Shown piece after piece: positions 18,730 through 26,332 of a stretch of DNA of 64,000 nt (positions are counted from its first letter, which is position 1; the number at the start of each line of letters is the position of its first letter). The stretch is from positions 220-64,219 of the forward strand of contig CAISZM010000027.1 in NCBI GenBank assembly GCA_903889965.1. The letters run 5' to 3'. The translations under genes were made by a program, and so were the position numbers. Below the pieces are notes generated by a model. That model was not told where the DNA came from. It made no database searches and was given only the letters and a program-made list of their open reading frames with translations. Source of the DNA: an uncultured Elusimicrobia bacterium. GTDB taxonomy: Bacteria; Elusimicrobiota; Elusimicrobia; Elusimicrobiales; UBA9959.

Positions 18730-19848
18730 ATGAAAGTACCCATGGTAGACATGCTTGCCGGCTATCCCCCCATAAAGGACGAAATCGAAACGGCGGTGAA
18801 AAACGTTTTTAATAAAGCAAATTTCATACTGGGTGAAGAGGTTGCCAGGTTCGAGAAGGACTTCGCCGCGCACGTGGGCGCGAAGTACGCCGTAGGCGTA
18901 GCCAACGGCACGGACGCCCTGCGCCTCGCCATTATCGCGAGCGGGATAAAGCCCGGAGACGAGGTTATAACCTCGCCCTTCACCTTCATAGCCACCTCCG
19001 AGACCATCAGCCAGTGCGGCGCCATCCCGGTTTTCGCCGACATAGACCCGGTGACCTACAACCTGGACCCCAAGTCCGTTGAAAAGAAGATAACTAAAAA
19101 GACCAGGGGCATCATACCGGTACACCTCTACGGCATGCCCTGCGATATGGACGCCTTCACCGCCCTTGCCAAGAAACACAAGCTTAAGATCATCGAGGAC
19201 ACGGCGCAGGCCTTTACGGGAAAATACAAGCTGCGCGGCGACTGGAAATACCTGGGCTCCATAGGCGACTGCGGCACCTTCAGCTTCTTCCCGGCCAAGA
19301 ACCTCGGCGCTTTCGGGGACGGAGGCGCGGTAGCCACCAGCGACGACAGGATATACGAGGAACTTAAAGCGCTCAGGAACCACGGCAGCAAGGTCCGCTA
19401 CATGCACGAAATGGAAGGCTACAACTCCCGCCTCGACACCGTGCAGGCCGCCGTCCTTTCCGTGCGCCTCAAGCACGTGGAAAAATGGACCGAGATGCGC
19501 AATGCCGTGGCCGCGAAATACGCCGAAGCGCTCAAGGGCGTCTGCGTCACCCCGGTCGTGCCGTCGAACGCCAGGCACTCCTTCAACTACTACACGATAC
19601 GCTTCGACACCAAGGCCAAGCGCGATAACGCGCAGAAATACCTGACCGAGCAGGGCATAGCCAACCAGATATACTATCCCATAGCGCTGCACCTGCAGAA
19701 GGCCTACGCGCACCTCGGCGGCAGGAAAGGCGACCTGCCCGTTTGCGACCAGGTGCAGGACACGGTCTTCTCCCTTCCTATGTACCCGGAACTCACCGAC
19801 TCACAGATAAAGACCGTTACCGACGCGGTAAAAGCCTCGCTTAAATAA
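18730..19848 (+). CDS. DegT/DnrJ/EryC1/StrS family sugar aminotransferase
   Basis: I chose the ATG at 18730, preceded by AAGGAGAA (18718-18725). The sequence from MKVPMVDML..ILGEEVARFEKDFAAHVGAKYAVGVANGTDAL.. is typical for the family. The 168 upstream codons of the ORF-track entry (18226) look non-coding (Arg/Gly/Pro-rich). Confidence 0.9.
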   Translation: MKVPMVDMLAGYPPIKDEIETAVKNVFNKANFILGEEVARFEKDFAAHVGAKYAVGVANGTDALRLAIIASGIKPGDEVITSPFTFIATSETISQCGAIPVFADIDPVTYNLDPKSVEKKITKKTRGIIPVHLYGMPCDMDAFTALAKKHKLKIIEDTAQAFTGKYKLRGDWKYLGSIGDCGTFSFFPAKNLGAFGDGGAVATSDDRIYEELKALRNHGSKVRYMHEMEGYNSRLDTVQAAVLSVRLKHVEKWTEMRNAVAAKYAEALKGVCVTPVVPSNARHSFNYYTIRFDTKAKRDNAQKYLTEQGIANQIYYPIALHLQKAYAHLGGRKGDLPVCDQVQDTVFSLPMYPELTDSQIKTVTDAVKASLK

Positions 19849-19862
19849 GCAGCGGCGCGCGG

Positions 19863-19921
19863 CCGGTACCTGGAGGCCCTCCGCCGCCAGGTACCGGGGC
19901 GCGGCGGTCCGCGGCCGCGCC
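19863..19921 (+). other. Tandem GC-rich stem-loops between the degT-like gene and asnB
   Basis: CCGGTACCTGG (19863-19873) and CCAGGTACCGG (19887-19897) form a perfect 11-bp stem with a 13-nt loop. GGCGCGGC (19898-19905) and GCCGCGCC (19914-19921) form an 8-bp stem. No T tract follows in either orientation. Confidence 0.45.
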
Positions 19922-19947
19922 TAAAAACGAACCCGGGCACTGAACCT

Positions 19948-21807
19948 ATGTGCGGAATACTCGGAAAAATAAATTACGCTTCTAAGAAGCCTGTGCGCGA
20001 AGCCGAACTGAAGAGGCCCCTCTTCGAAATGCTGCACCGCGGCCCGGACGACGAAGGCGTACTGGCGGACCGCCATTGCGGCCTGGGTATGCGCCGCCTG
20101 AGCATCATCGACCTGGCCGGCGGGGGCCAGCCCGTATTCAACGAGAACCGCTCCCTGGCCGTGGTGCTGAACGGGGAGATATACAACTACCGCGAACTGC
20201 GCCGCGAGCTGGAACCGCGTCACACCTTCCGCACCAATTCCGACACCGAGGTGGTCGTGCACCTCTACGAGGAGCTGGGTGAGGCGTGCCTCGGGAAGCT
20301 GAACGGCATGTTCGCCTTCGCCATCTGGGACGCCGGGAAGGAAGAATTGTTCGTAGCGAGGGACCGCACCGGTATAAAGCCCCTTTTTTACGCCGACCTC
20401 GGCGGCTCGCTGTATTTCTCTTCCGAGATAAAGTCCCTGCTGGCCTTCAACGGCATGCCCCGGGAACTGGATCCGCAGGCCCTGGCAAATTACCTCTCCT
20501 TTTACTACATCTCTTCCCCCCGCTCCATCTTCCGCCACATACGCCGTCTGCCGCAGGGACACTACATAAAGGTGCGCGGGAAAATAGCGGAAATAAAACC
20601 CTATTGGCATTACAGGGCGCGGCCGGCAAAAATGACCGAGCGGGAAGCCGCCGGGCGCATAGAGGCCGCGCTTTTAAATTCCGTGAAACGGCAGCTGGTA
20701 AGCGACGTGCCGCTCGGGGTTTTCCTCTCGAGCGGCCTGGATTCTACGGCGATAGTGGCGATGATGTCCAAGCTGGGCGCGCGGCCCAAGACCTACACGG
20801 TGGGCTACGAGAACGGCGGCACCTATAACGAACTGGACGGGGCCCGCCTGGTGGCCGAGAAATACAATACCGACCACTCCGACTGCATTATGGGGCCGCG
20901 CGAGATAAAAGAGCGCCTGCCGCAGGTCATTAAGGCCTTCGCCGAACCGCACGGCGATTGGACCTACATGGCCATGCGCCATGTCTCGGAGCAGTCACGG
21001 AAAGATATAACCGTGGCGCTTACCGGCGCCGGCGGCGACGAGCTTTTCGCCGGCTATCCTACGCTGACAGCGGCCAAGGTGGGCCGCTTCTACCAGTACC
21101 TGCCGGGTCCCCTGAAAGCCGCCATACGCGCCGCCGCGGACCATTTGCCCGTTTCGACGAAACGGCTCAGCCTGGACTTTAAAATAAAATCGTTTACCCG
21201 CGGCGCGGCCTTCAAGCCGGAGCTGGCCCATCTTAAATACAAGGAAATACTTACCGGCGCCGAAATACGGGAATTCCTGCCAGGGCACAATGCCGCTGAC
21301 CCGTTCGAAGTTTTCGCCCAGCACCTCCCGGACGCGGCCTCGGCGCGGCTGCTGGACCGGCTTCTTTACCTTGACCTGAACGTCTTCCTCCCCTACTGCT
21401 CGATGCATTCCACCGACATGGTAACGATGCTTAACTCGCAGGAGGCCCGCGTGCCGTTCCTGGATAACGAGATGCTAGACCTTTCGGAGGAAATACCGCT
21501 GAGCCTGAAAATTAAAGGCTTTACGACCAAACACGTAATGCGCAAGGCGCTCAGCCGGTACCTGCCCGTGGAAATACTGAAGATGCCGAAGAAGGGCTTC
21601 GGCATGCCCACCGCGGAATGGCTTAAGGGAGAACTGAAGGATTTCACGCTGGACGCGATAAGCGCCGCCCGGGCGAAGAACCCGGACTTCTGCAATTACG
21701 CTTTCGCCGGGAAATTGCTGAAAGAACACCTGGACGGACGCAGGGACAACACCCGCAAGCTCACCTGCCTGGTTTCGCTGTTCCTCTGGCAGGCCGAATA
21801 CCTGTAG
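19948..21807 (+). CDS. asnB: Asparagine synthase (glutamine-hydrolysing) family amidotransferase
   Basis: The N-terminus MCGILG provides the Cys2 nucleophile of the Ntn amidotransferase domain. The PP-loop SSGLDS is present, and the 619-aa length is typical. Given its glycan-cluster context it may amidate a sugar acid rather than make Asn. Confidence 0.85.
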   Translation: MCGILGKINYASKKPVREAELKRPLFEMLHRGPDDEGVLADRHCGLGMRRLSIIDLAGGGQPVFNENRSLAVVLNGEIYNYRELRRELEPRHTFRTNSDTEVVVHLYEELGEACLGKLNGMFAFAIWDAGKEELFVARDRTGIKPLFYADLGGSLYFSSEIKSLLAFNGMPRELDPQALANYLSFYYISSPRSIFRHIRRLPQGHYIKVRGKIAEIKPYWHYRARPAKMTEREAAGRIEAALLNSVKRQLVSDVPLGVFLSSGLDSTAIVAMMSKLGARPKTYTVGYENGGTYNELDGARLVAEKYNTDHSDCIMGPREIKERLPQVIKAFAEPHGDWTYMAMRHVSEQSRKDITVALTGAGGDELFAGYPTLTAAKVGRFYQYLPGPLKAAIRAAADHLPVSTKRLSLDFKIKSFTRGAAFKPELAHLKYKEILTGAEIREFLPGHNAADPFEVFAQHLPDAASARLLDRLLYLDLNVFLPYCSMHSTDMVTMLNSQEARVPFLDNEMLDLSEEIPLSLKIKGFTTKHVMRKALSRYLPVEILKMPKKGFGMPTAEWLKGELKDFTLDAISAARAKNPDFCNYAFAGKLLKEHLDGRRDNTRKLTCLVSLFLWQAEYL

Positions 21808-22569
21808 TTATTTCAGACTCCGCCCTGTTATGTTGCCGACCACGCCGGCGGTCGCCGGGTTATTCATAAGCGCGGCAAGGATGTTCGGGTTGGTCAGGAC
21901 GGACAGGAGAGAGGGGTTCGCCGCCAGGACATCGGCAATGGCCGACGGGTCATTGAGGAGGCCGCGCCCTCCGGGAGTATCCAGCATGGCGCTGACAAGC
22001 TTGCTGGAGGCCACGGCGTCCACCATCTGCGAATTATTCATGCCGGCCCTGACGGAAGGGTTGCCCATGAATCCGGAAATATTGTCCGGGTTTTTAAGGT
22101 AGGCGGCCAGCGCCCTGGAATTTGCGGTAGCGGACTTAACCGTATCCCTCGCCATAAACCCGCCGACAACGTATTTATTGTTTAAAATGGCGGCGACAGC
22201 CCCGGGGTTTTTCATCAGACCTCCAACGGCGGCGAGGATGGCGCCGCGTTTTAACCCGAAATGCCTGCTCGTTTTAGGGCTCCCCAATTCTTTTATCCCG
22301 GCGGCGGCTGTTTCGGTTCCGGCCTCTTCGGTACTGGCCGGGGCGGCCAGGGGAACGGTAAGGCTTGATTTTGTTTCCGCATCCGACTGGGGAACGCTCT
22401 CTCCCTCGGTAGACTCATCCGGGGCGGCTTCCTCGTGGCCGGAATATTCCACCGTGACGGCCCTGGGCGCGGAATTTGAAAGCATGAAGTGCTTTACGCA
22501 GAGCATGCCGACCACCGCCGCGACGGCAAAAAATATCCAGATCACCGCTCCCATTTTATTCTCTTCCAT
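21808..22569 (-). CDS. Membrane-anchored hypothetical protein with acidic linker and NP-rich helical repeats
   Basis: GGAGAA lies 6 nt upstream of the ATG. The protein has one N-terminal TM segment (AVIWIFFAVAAVVGMLCV), an acidic Glu/Ser/Thr/Ala linker, and then repeated NPxxxxxx(L/M) motifs (KNPGAVAAILNN, KNPDNISGFMGNPSVRAGMNN, NDPSAIADVLAANPSLLSVLTNPNILAALMNNPATAG). Confidence 0.6.
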   Translation of the reverse strand: MEENKMGAVIWIFFAVAAVVGMLCVKHFMLSNSAPRAVTVEYSGHEEAAPDESTEGESVPQSDAETKSSLTVPLAAPASTEEAGTETAAAGIKELGSPKTSRHFGLKRGAILAAVGGLMKNPGAVAAILNNKYVVGGFMARDTVKSATANSRALAAYLKNPDNISGFMGNPSVRAGMNNSQMVDAVASSKLVSAMLDTPGGRGLLNDPSAIADVLAANPSLLSVLTNPNILAALMNNPATAGVVGNITGRSLK

Positions 22570-22589
22570 AATTTTCTCCAGGCGCGGCG

Positions 22590-23711
22590 TCAGCCGCAGA
22601 AAGCCCTGACCGCTTCTATGACCGCGCCCTGCTGATCCCCGGTCATCTCGGGGAATATCGGCAGGGAAAGCACCATGGATTGGTGCCTGAAAGCGTTGGG
22701 GTAATCCCCTGGCCGCGCTCCCAGCCGCGCGTAGGCCGGCAGGAAGGGCAGCGCCGCAGGGTAATTTATAACGGTTTCTATACCGCGCTCGGCCAGAAAC
22801 TTTTTAAGCTCGTCCCGCCGGGGATGCCGCACCGCGTAAAGGTGGTAAACGTGCTCGCGGCCGCCGGAGACTATAGGTATTTCAAGTTCGCTGAGCCCGG
22901 CCAGTTCCCTGTCGTAGACGGAAGCGAGCCGCCGCCGCGCGGCGGTCCAGGCCTCAAGGTGTTTCATCTTCACCGACAGTATTGCCGCCTGCAGGCCGTC
23001 CATCCTGCTGTTCATGCCCTCTATGCGGTGGTCGCCCTTCGAGAGGCCGCCATGCCGCGCGAACATGGCCATACGCTCCGCCAGCACGCCGTCCGCGGTA
23101 AGTATGGCGCCGGCGTCGCCCATGGCCCCGAGGTTCTTGCCGGGATAAAACGAGAAGGCGGCCGCGCTGCCGAAAGTGCCCGCGGCCTTGCCGGCGCAGC
23201 GCGCCAAGTGGGCCTGCGCGCAATCCTCAAGCACCCACAAGCGGTGTTTTGCCGCTATGGCCATGATAGCCGGCATGTCGGCCGGCTGGCCGTAGAGGTG
23301 CACCGGTATTATGCCGACCGTGCGCGGGTTTATCTTAGCCTCTATCAGCGCGGGGTCTATGGTAAAGGTGTCCAGGTCGGTATCGCAGAAAACCACGTTC
23401 CCGCCGGCCTGGGTTATGGTCTCGCTGGTGGATATCCAGGAATGGGCCGTCGTTATCACCTCGTCCCCGGATTTTACGCCCAGCGCGCGCATGGCTATGT
23501 AGAGCGCGTCGGTGCCGTTGCCGCAGGAGACGCAGTGCGCCGCGCCCGTCAGCGCCGCGAATTCTTTCTCAAAGGCGTCCACGTAGGGCCCGCGTATGAA
23601 GGCGGAGGAGCCTATCACGCCGCAGATGGCGGCGTCTATTTCCCGCTTTATCGAGAGATACTGGGCGTGCAGGTCGGCGAAAGGGACTTTGGCCGCGGGC
23701 TTTTCGCTCAT
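22590..23711 (-). CDS. DegT-family aminotransferase, WbpE/WlbC-like (3-oxo sugar aminotransferase)
   Basis: It is a typical DegT sequence (..IRGPYVDAFEKEFAALTGAAHCVSCGNGTDALYIA..) and lies in an operon with a Gfo/Idh/MocA oxidoreductase and an LbH acetyltransferase. Confidence 0.85.
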   Translation of the reverse strand: MSEKPAAKVPFADLHAQYLSIKREIDAAICGVIGSSAFIRGPYVDAFEKEFAALTGAAHCVSCGNGTDALYIAMRALGVKSGDEVITTAHSWISTSETITQAGGNVVFCDTDLDTFTIDPALIEAKINPRTVGIIPVHLYGQPADMPAIMAIAAKHRLWVLEDCAQAHLARCAGKAAGTFGSAAAFSFYPGKNLGAMGDAGAILTADGVLAERMAMFARHGGLSKGDHRIEGMNSRMDGLQAAILSVKMKHLEAWTAARRRLASVYDRELAGLSELEIPIVSGGREHVYHLYAVRHPRRDELKKFLAERGIETVINYPAALPFLPAYARLGARPGDYPNAFRHQSMVLSLPIFPEMTGDQQGAVIEAVRAFCG

Positions 23712-24175
23712 GCCAGCTCCCTCAGCAGCCTGGCCGGGTTTCCTGCGTATATGCCGGGCTTATTTATATCCTTGACGACCACCGCCCCCGCGCCGATGAC
23801 TGCCCCGTCGCAGATGCTGACGGGCAGGATGGTGGCGTTTGAACCGATGGATACCTTGTTGCCGACCCTGGTCGGCTTCCAGAGCTCCTTCCTGCCTCCG
23901 GCTGGCCCCCCGGAGGAAAAAGTGTCGTTTATGAACGCCACGCCGTGGCCGATAAAGCAATCGTCGCCTATGGAGACCAGTTCGCAGATAAAGGAGTGGG
24001 ATTGGACCTTGCAGCGCTTACCCACCACGGCGGACTTTTGTATTTCAACGAAGGGACCGATAAAGGTATCGTCGCCTATCTCGCAGCCGTAGAGATTGGA
24101 AGGACCGATTATTTTCACGCCTTCACCGAACTTTACGCCAGCTATGCCGGCTATCCTTATTTCAGGCTTGCCCAT
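23708..24175 (-). CDS. Left-handed beta-helix N-acetyltransferase, WbpD/WlbB-like
   Basis: The 155-aa ORF consists of hexapeptide repeats (IGDDTFIGPFVEI.., IGDDCFIGHGVAF.., IGSNATILPVSI.., IGAGAVVV). It overlaps both flanking genes (4 nt and 14 nt). Confidence 0.8.
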   Translation of the reverse strand: MGKPEIRIAGIAGVKFGEGVKIIGPSNLYGCEIGDDTFIGPFVEIQKSAVVGKRCKVQSHSFICELVSIGDDCFIGHGVAFINDTFSSGGPAGGRKELWKPTRVGNKVSIGSNATILPVSICDGAVIGAGAVVVKDINKPGIYAGNPARLLRELA

Positions 24176-25253
24176 GTATTCGGCCTCCCAGGCGGGTTTT
24201 CTTCGGCCGCGAGCGCAGGCTCACTTCGCGGCCGGTTTCTATAGATTCGTAAATGCCGGCTATCAGCTCCAGGCTTTTGCGCCCCTCGAGGCCGTCGACC
24301 AGCTGGCGGGTATTGTTCCTGACGCAGTCCACCACGTGCGCGTAATAAGCCCGGTGGCCGAAGCCATAAACGTCCGGCGGGTTCACGGAATATCTGGCCA
24401 TTACCTCGCCGTCTCCGGGCTCGGGCCTGGAGAAGCTCCAGGTCTTCATCTGGTTCACCGCGAAACCGGCGATCTCCACCGAGCCGGTCTCCCCTAAAAT
24501 AGATATCGACCCTTCCAGGTCCTTCGGACGGGCCGCGGTGGTGGCTTCTATCACTCCCAGGGCGCCGTTGCGGAAGCGCACGGTCACCACGGCCGTATCC
24601 TCGGTCTCGATCTTCACCAGCGCCGTGGCGGACATGGCGTACACGCCCTCCACCTCGCCCATCATCCATTCCAGCAGGTCCACGTGGTGGCTGGCCTGGT
24701 TGGCGAGCACTCCGCCGTCCAGCGCCCAGGTGCCGCGCCATTTGTCCTGGTCGTAATAGCTCTGCTCGCGGCACCAGCGCACGCGCACCGTGCCGAGCAC
24801 GAGCTTGCCGAAACGCCCGGCTTCGAGCGCGGAACGGAGCTTTGCCACCGGCACGTTGAACCTGTTCTGTTTCACCACAAAAAGCTTCACGCCCGCATCC
24901 GAGCAGGCCTTTATCATCGCATCAGCGTCGTCGAGCGTCAGCGCCATCGGTTTTTCCACTATTATGTGTTTCCCGAATTTAGCGAGCGCAACCACATGCC
25001 CGGCGTGGTTGCCGCTCTCCGTAAGCACGGAGACGGCGTCCACCGGCGTTTTAACCATCATCTCCGACATGTCGGTATAGTAAGGCACGCCGTACTGCTC
25101 TCCCAGGAGGCGGGCCTTCTCCGGCACTATATCGCACACGGCGGCCAGGCGCGCTCCGGGCACCTGGGCTTTCCCAAGCAGTTCCGCGTGCCTTTTGGCT
25201 ATGCGGCCGCAGCCCACAAGCGCGAATTTCAGGTCCGTTTTTGCGGTGGTCAT
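24162..25253 (-). CDS. Gfo/Idh/MocA family oxidoreductase, WbpB/WlbA-like
   Basis: It has the N-terminal Rossmann motif FALVGCGRIAKRH, the EKPMALT motif and a C-terminal alpha/beta domain. It is the first gene of the WbpB/D/E-like operon. Confidence 0.8.
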   Translation of the reverse strand: MTTAKTDLKFALVGCGRIAKRHAELLGKAQVPGARLAAVCDIVPEKARLLGEQYGVPYYTDMSEMMVKTPVDAVSVLTESGNHAGHVVALAKFGKHIIVEKPMALTLDDADAMIKACSDAGVKLFVVKQNRFNVPVAKLRSALEAGRFGKLVLGTVRVRWCREQSYYDQDKWRGTWALDGGVLANQASHHVDLLEWMMGEVEGVYAMSATALVKIETEDTAVVTVRFRNGALGVIEATTAARPKDLEGSISILGETGSVEIAGFAVNQMKTWSFSRPEPGDGEVMARYSVNPPDVYGFGHRAYYAHVVDCVRNNTRQLVDGLEGRKSLELIAGIYESIETGREVSLRSRPKKTRLGGRIHGQA

Positions 25254-25372
25254 ACAAGAATCCTATTGTATCATTATCTTATTGATAATTACCCGTTTGC
25301 CTAAACGGCTCAAAAGAGGATATTATATGGGAAAGCGCAAGGCCGCGGGGCCCGCGGCATGAGGGAGTTTAA

Positions 25373-26332
25373 ATGTACAGAGGCAACAAGATTTCGCTTG
25401 TAATACCGGCTTACAAAGAGGAAAAACTTATAGTCCACACGCTGGAAAGCGTGCCCCCCATGATCGACAGGATCTATGTTGTGGACGACGCGAGCCCGGA
25501 CGGGCAGGCCCAGGTGGTCCTGGAAATAGCGAAAAAAGATCCGCGCGTGACCCTGCTGCGCCACAGCGTGAACCAGGGACCGGGCGCGGGCATCATAACC
25601 GGCTACCGCCGGTCAGCCGCGGACGGCTACGATATAACCATGGTGGTGGGCGGCGACAACCAGATGCAGCTGGCCGAAGCCGCGCATTTCCTGGACCCGC
25701 TGATAGACGGCACAGCCGACTACGCCAAGGGCAACCGCTTCCTGGACGCCAATTTGGAAGACACCCTCTCGAAGATGCCGACGCTGCGCCTGTTCGCGAA
25801 CTGGCTCATAACGGCGCTGACAAAGATCGCCTCCGGCTATTACAAGACGATGGACGTGGTTGACGGCTACACGGCCATAACCCGGAAAGCGATCAAAACC
25901 ATAAACTGGGACCGCGCCTGGAAAGGTTACGGCTACCCGATGGACTTTTTGGTGCGGCTGAACGCCTACAGCATGCGCATAGTAGACATACCCCGGACGG
26001 CGGTTTACCTGCCGGGGGAACGGCAGTCGCAGATAAAGGGCTTCAGCTACGCCATGAAGGTTTCCCCGATGCTGGTGCGGAACTTCTTCTGGCGGCTCAA
26101 CTTCAAGTACATGTACCGTGATTTCCACCCCCTCGCTTTCTTCTACTACCTGGCCCTGTTGCTGCTGCCGGCGGGGTTGCTCGACGGCGCCTACCTGGTG
26201 TACGACAAGCTGTTCCGCGGAGGCTACGCCGTCACCGCCTCGCGCTCCATACTGGTGGCGCTGATGATAATTTCCGGCACGCAGTTCCTGCTGTTCGCCA
26301 TGCTTTTCGACATGGAGCAGAGCCAGAAATGA
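25373..26332 (+). CDS. Family 2 glycosyltransferase with C-terminal membrane segments
   Basis: The sequence contains ISLVIPAYKEE, VVDDASPDG and VGGDNQM (DxD-like region), plus two C-terminal TM segments. It overlaps the downstream gene by 4 nt. Confidence 0.85.
   Translation: MYRGNKISLVIPAYKEEKLIVHTLESVPPMIDRIYVVDDASPDGQAQVVLEIAKKDPRVTLLRHSVNQGPGAGIITGYRRSAADGYDITMVVGGDNQMQLAEAAHFLDPLIDGTADYAKGNRFLDANLEDTLSKMPTLRLFANWLITALTKIASGYYKTMDVVDGYTAITRKAIKTINWDRAWKGYGYPMDFLVRLNAYSMRIVDIPRTAVYLPGERQSQIKGFSYAMKVSPMLVRNFFWRLNFKYMYRDFHPLAFFYYLALLLLPAGLLDGAYLVYDKLFRGGYAVTASRSILVALMIISGTQFLLFAMLFDMEQSQK

Noticed and set aside
22680-24092. A 470-aa ORF on the + strand.
   Set aside because: It is antisense to the DegT and LbH acetyltransferase genes, both of which have clear family signatures.
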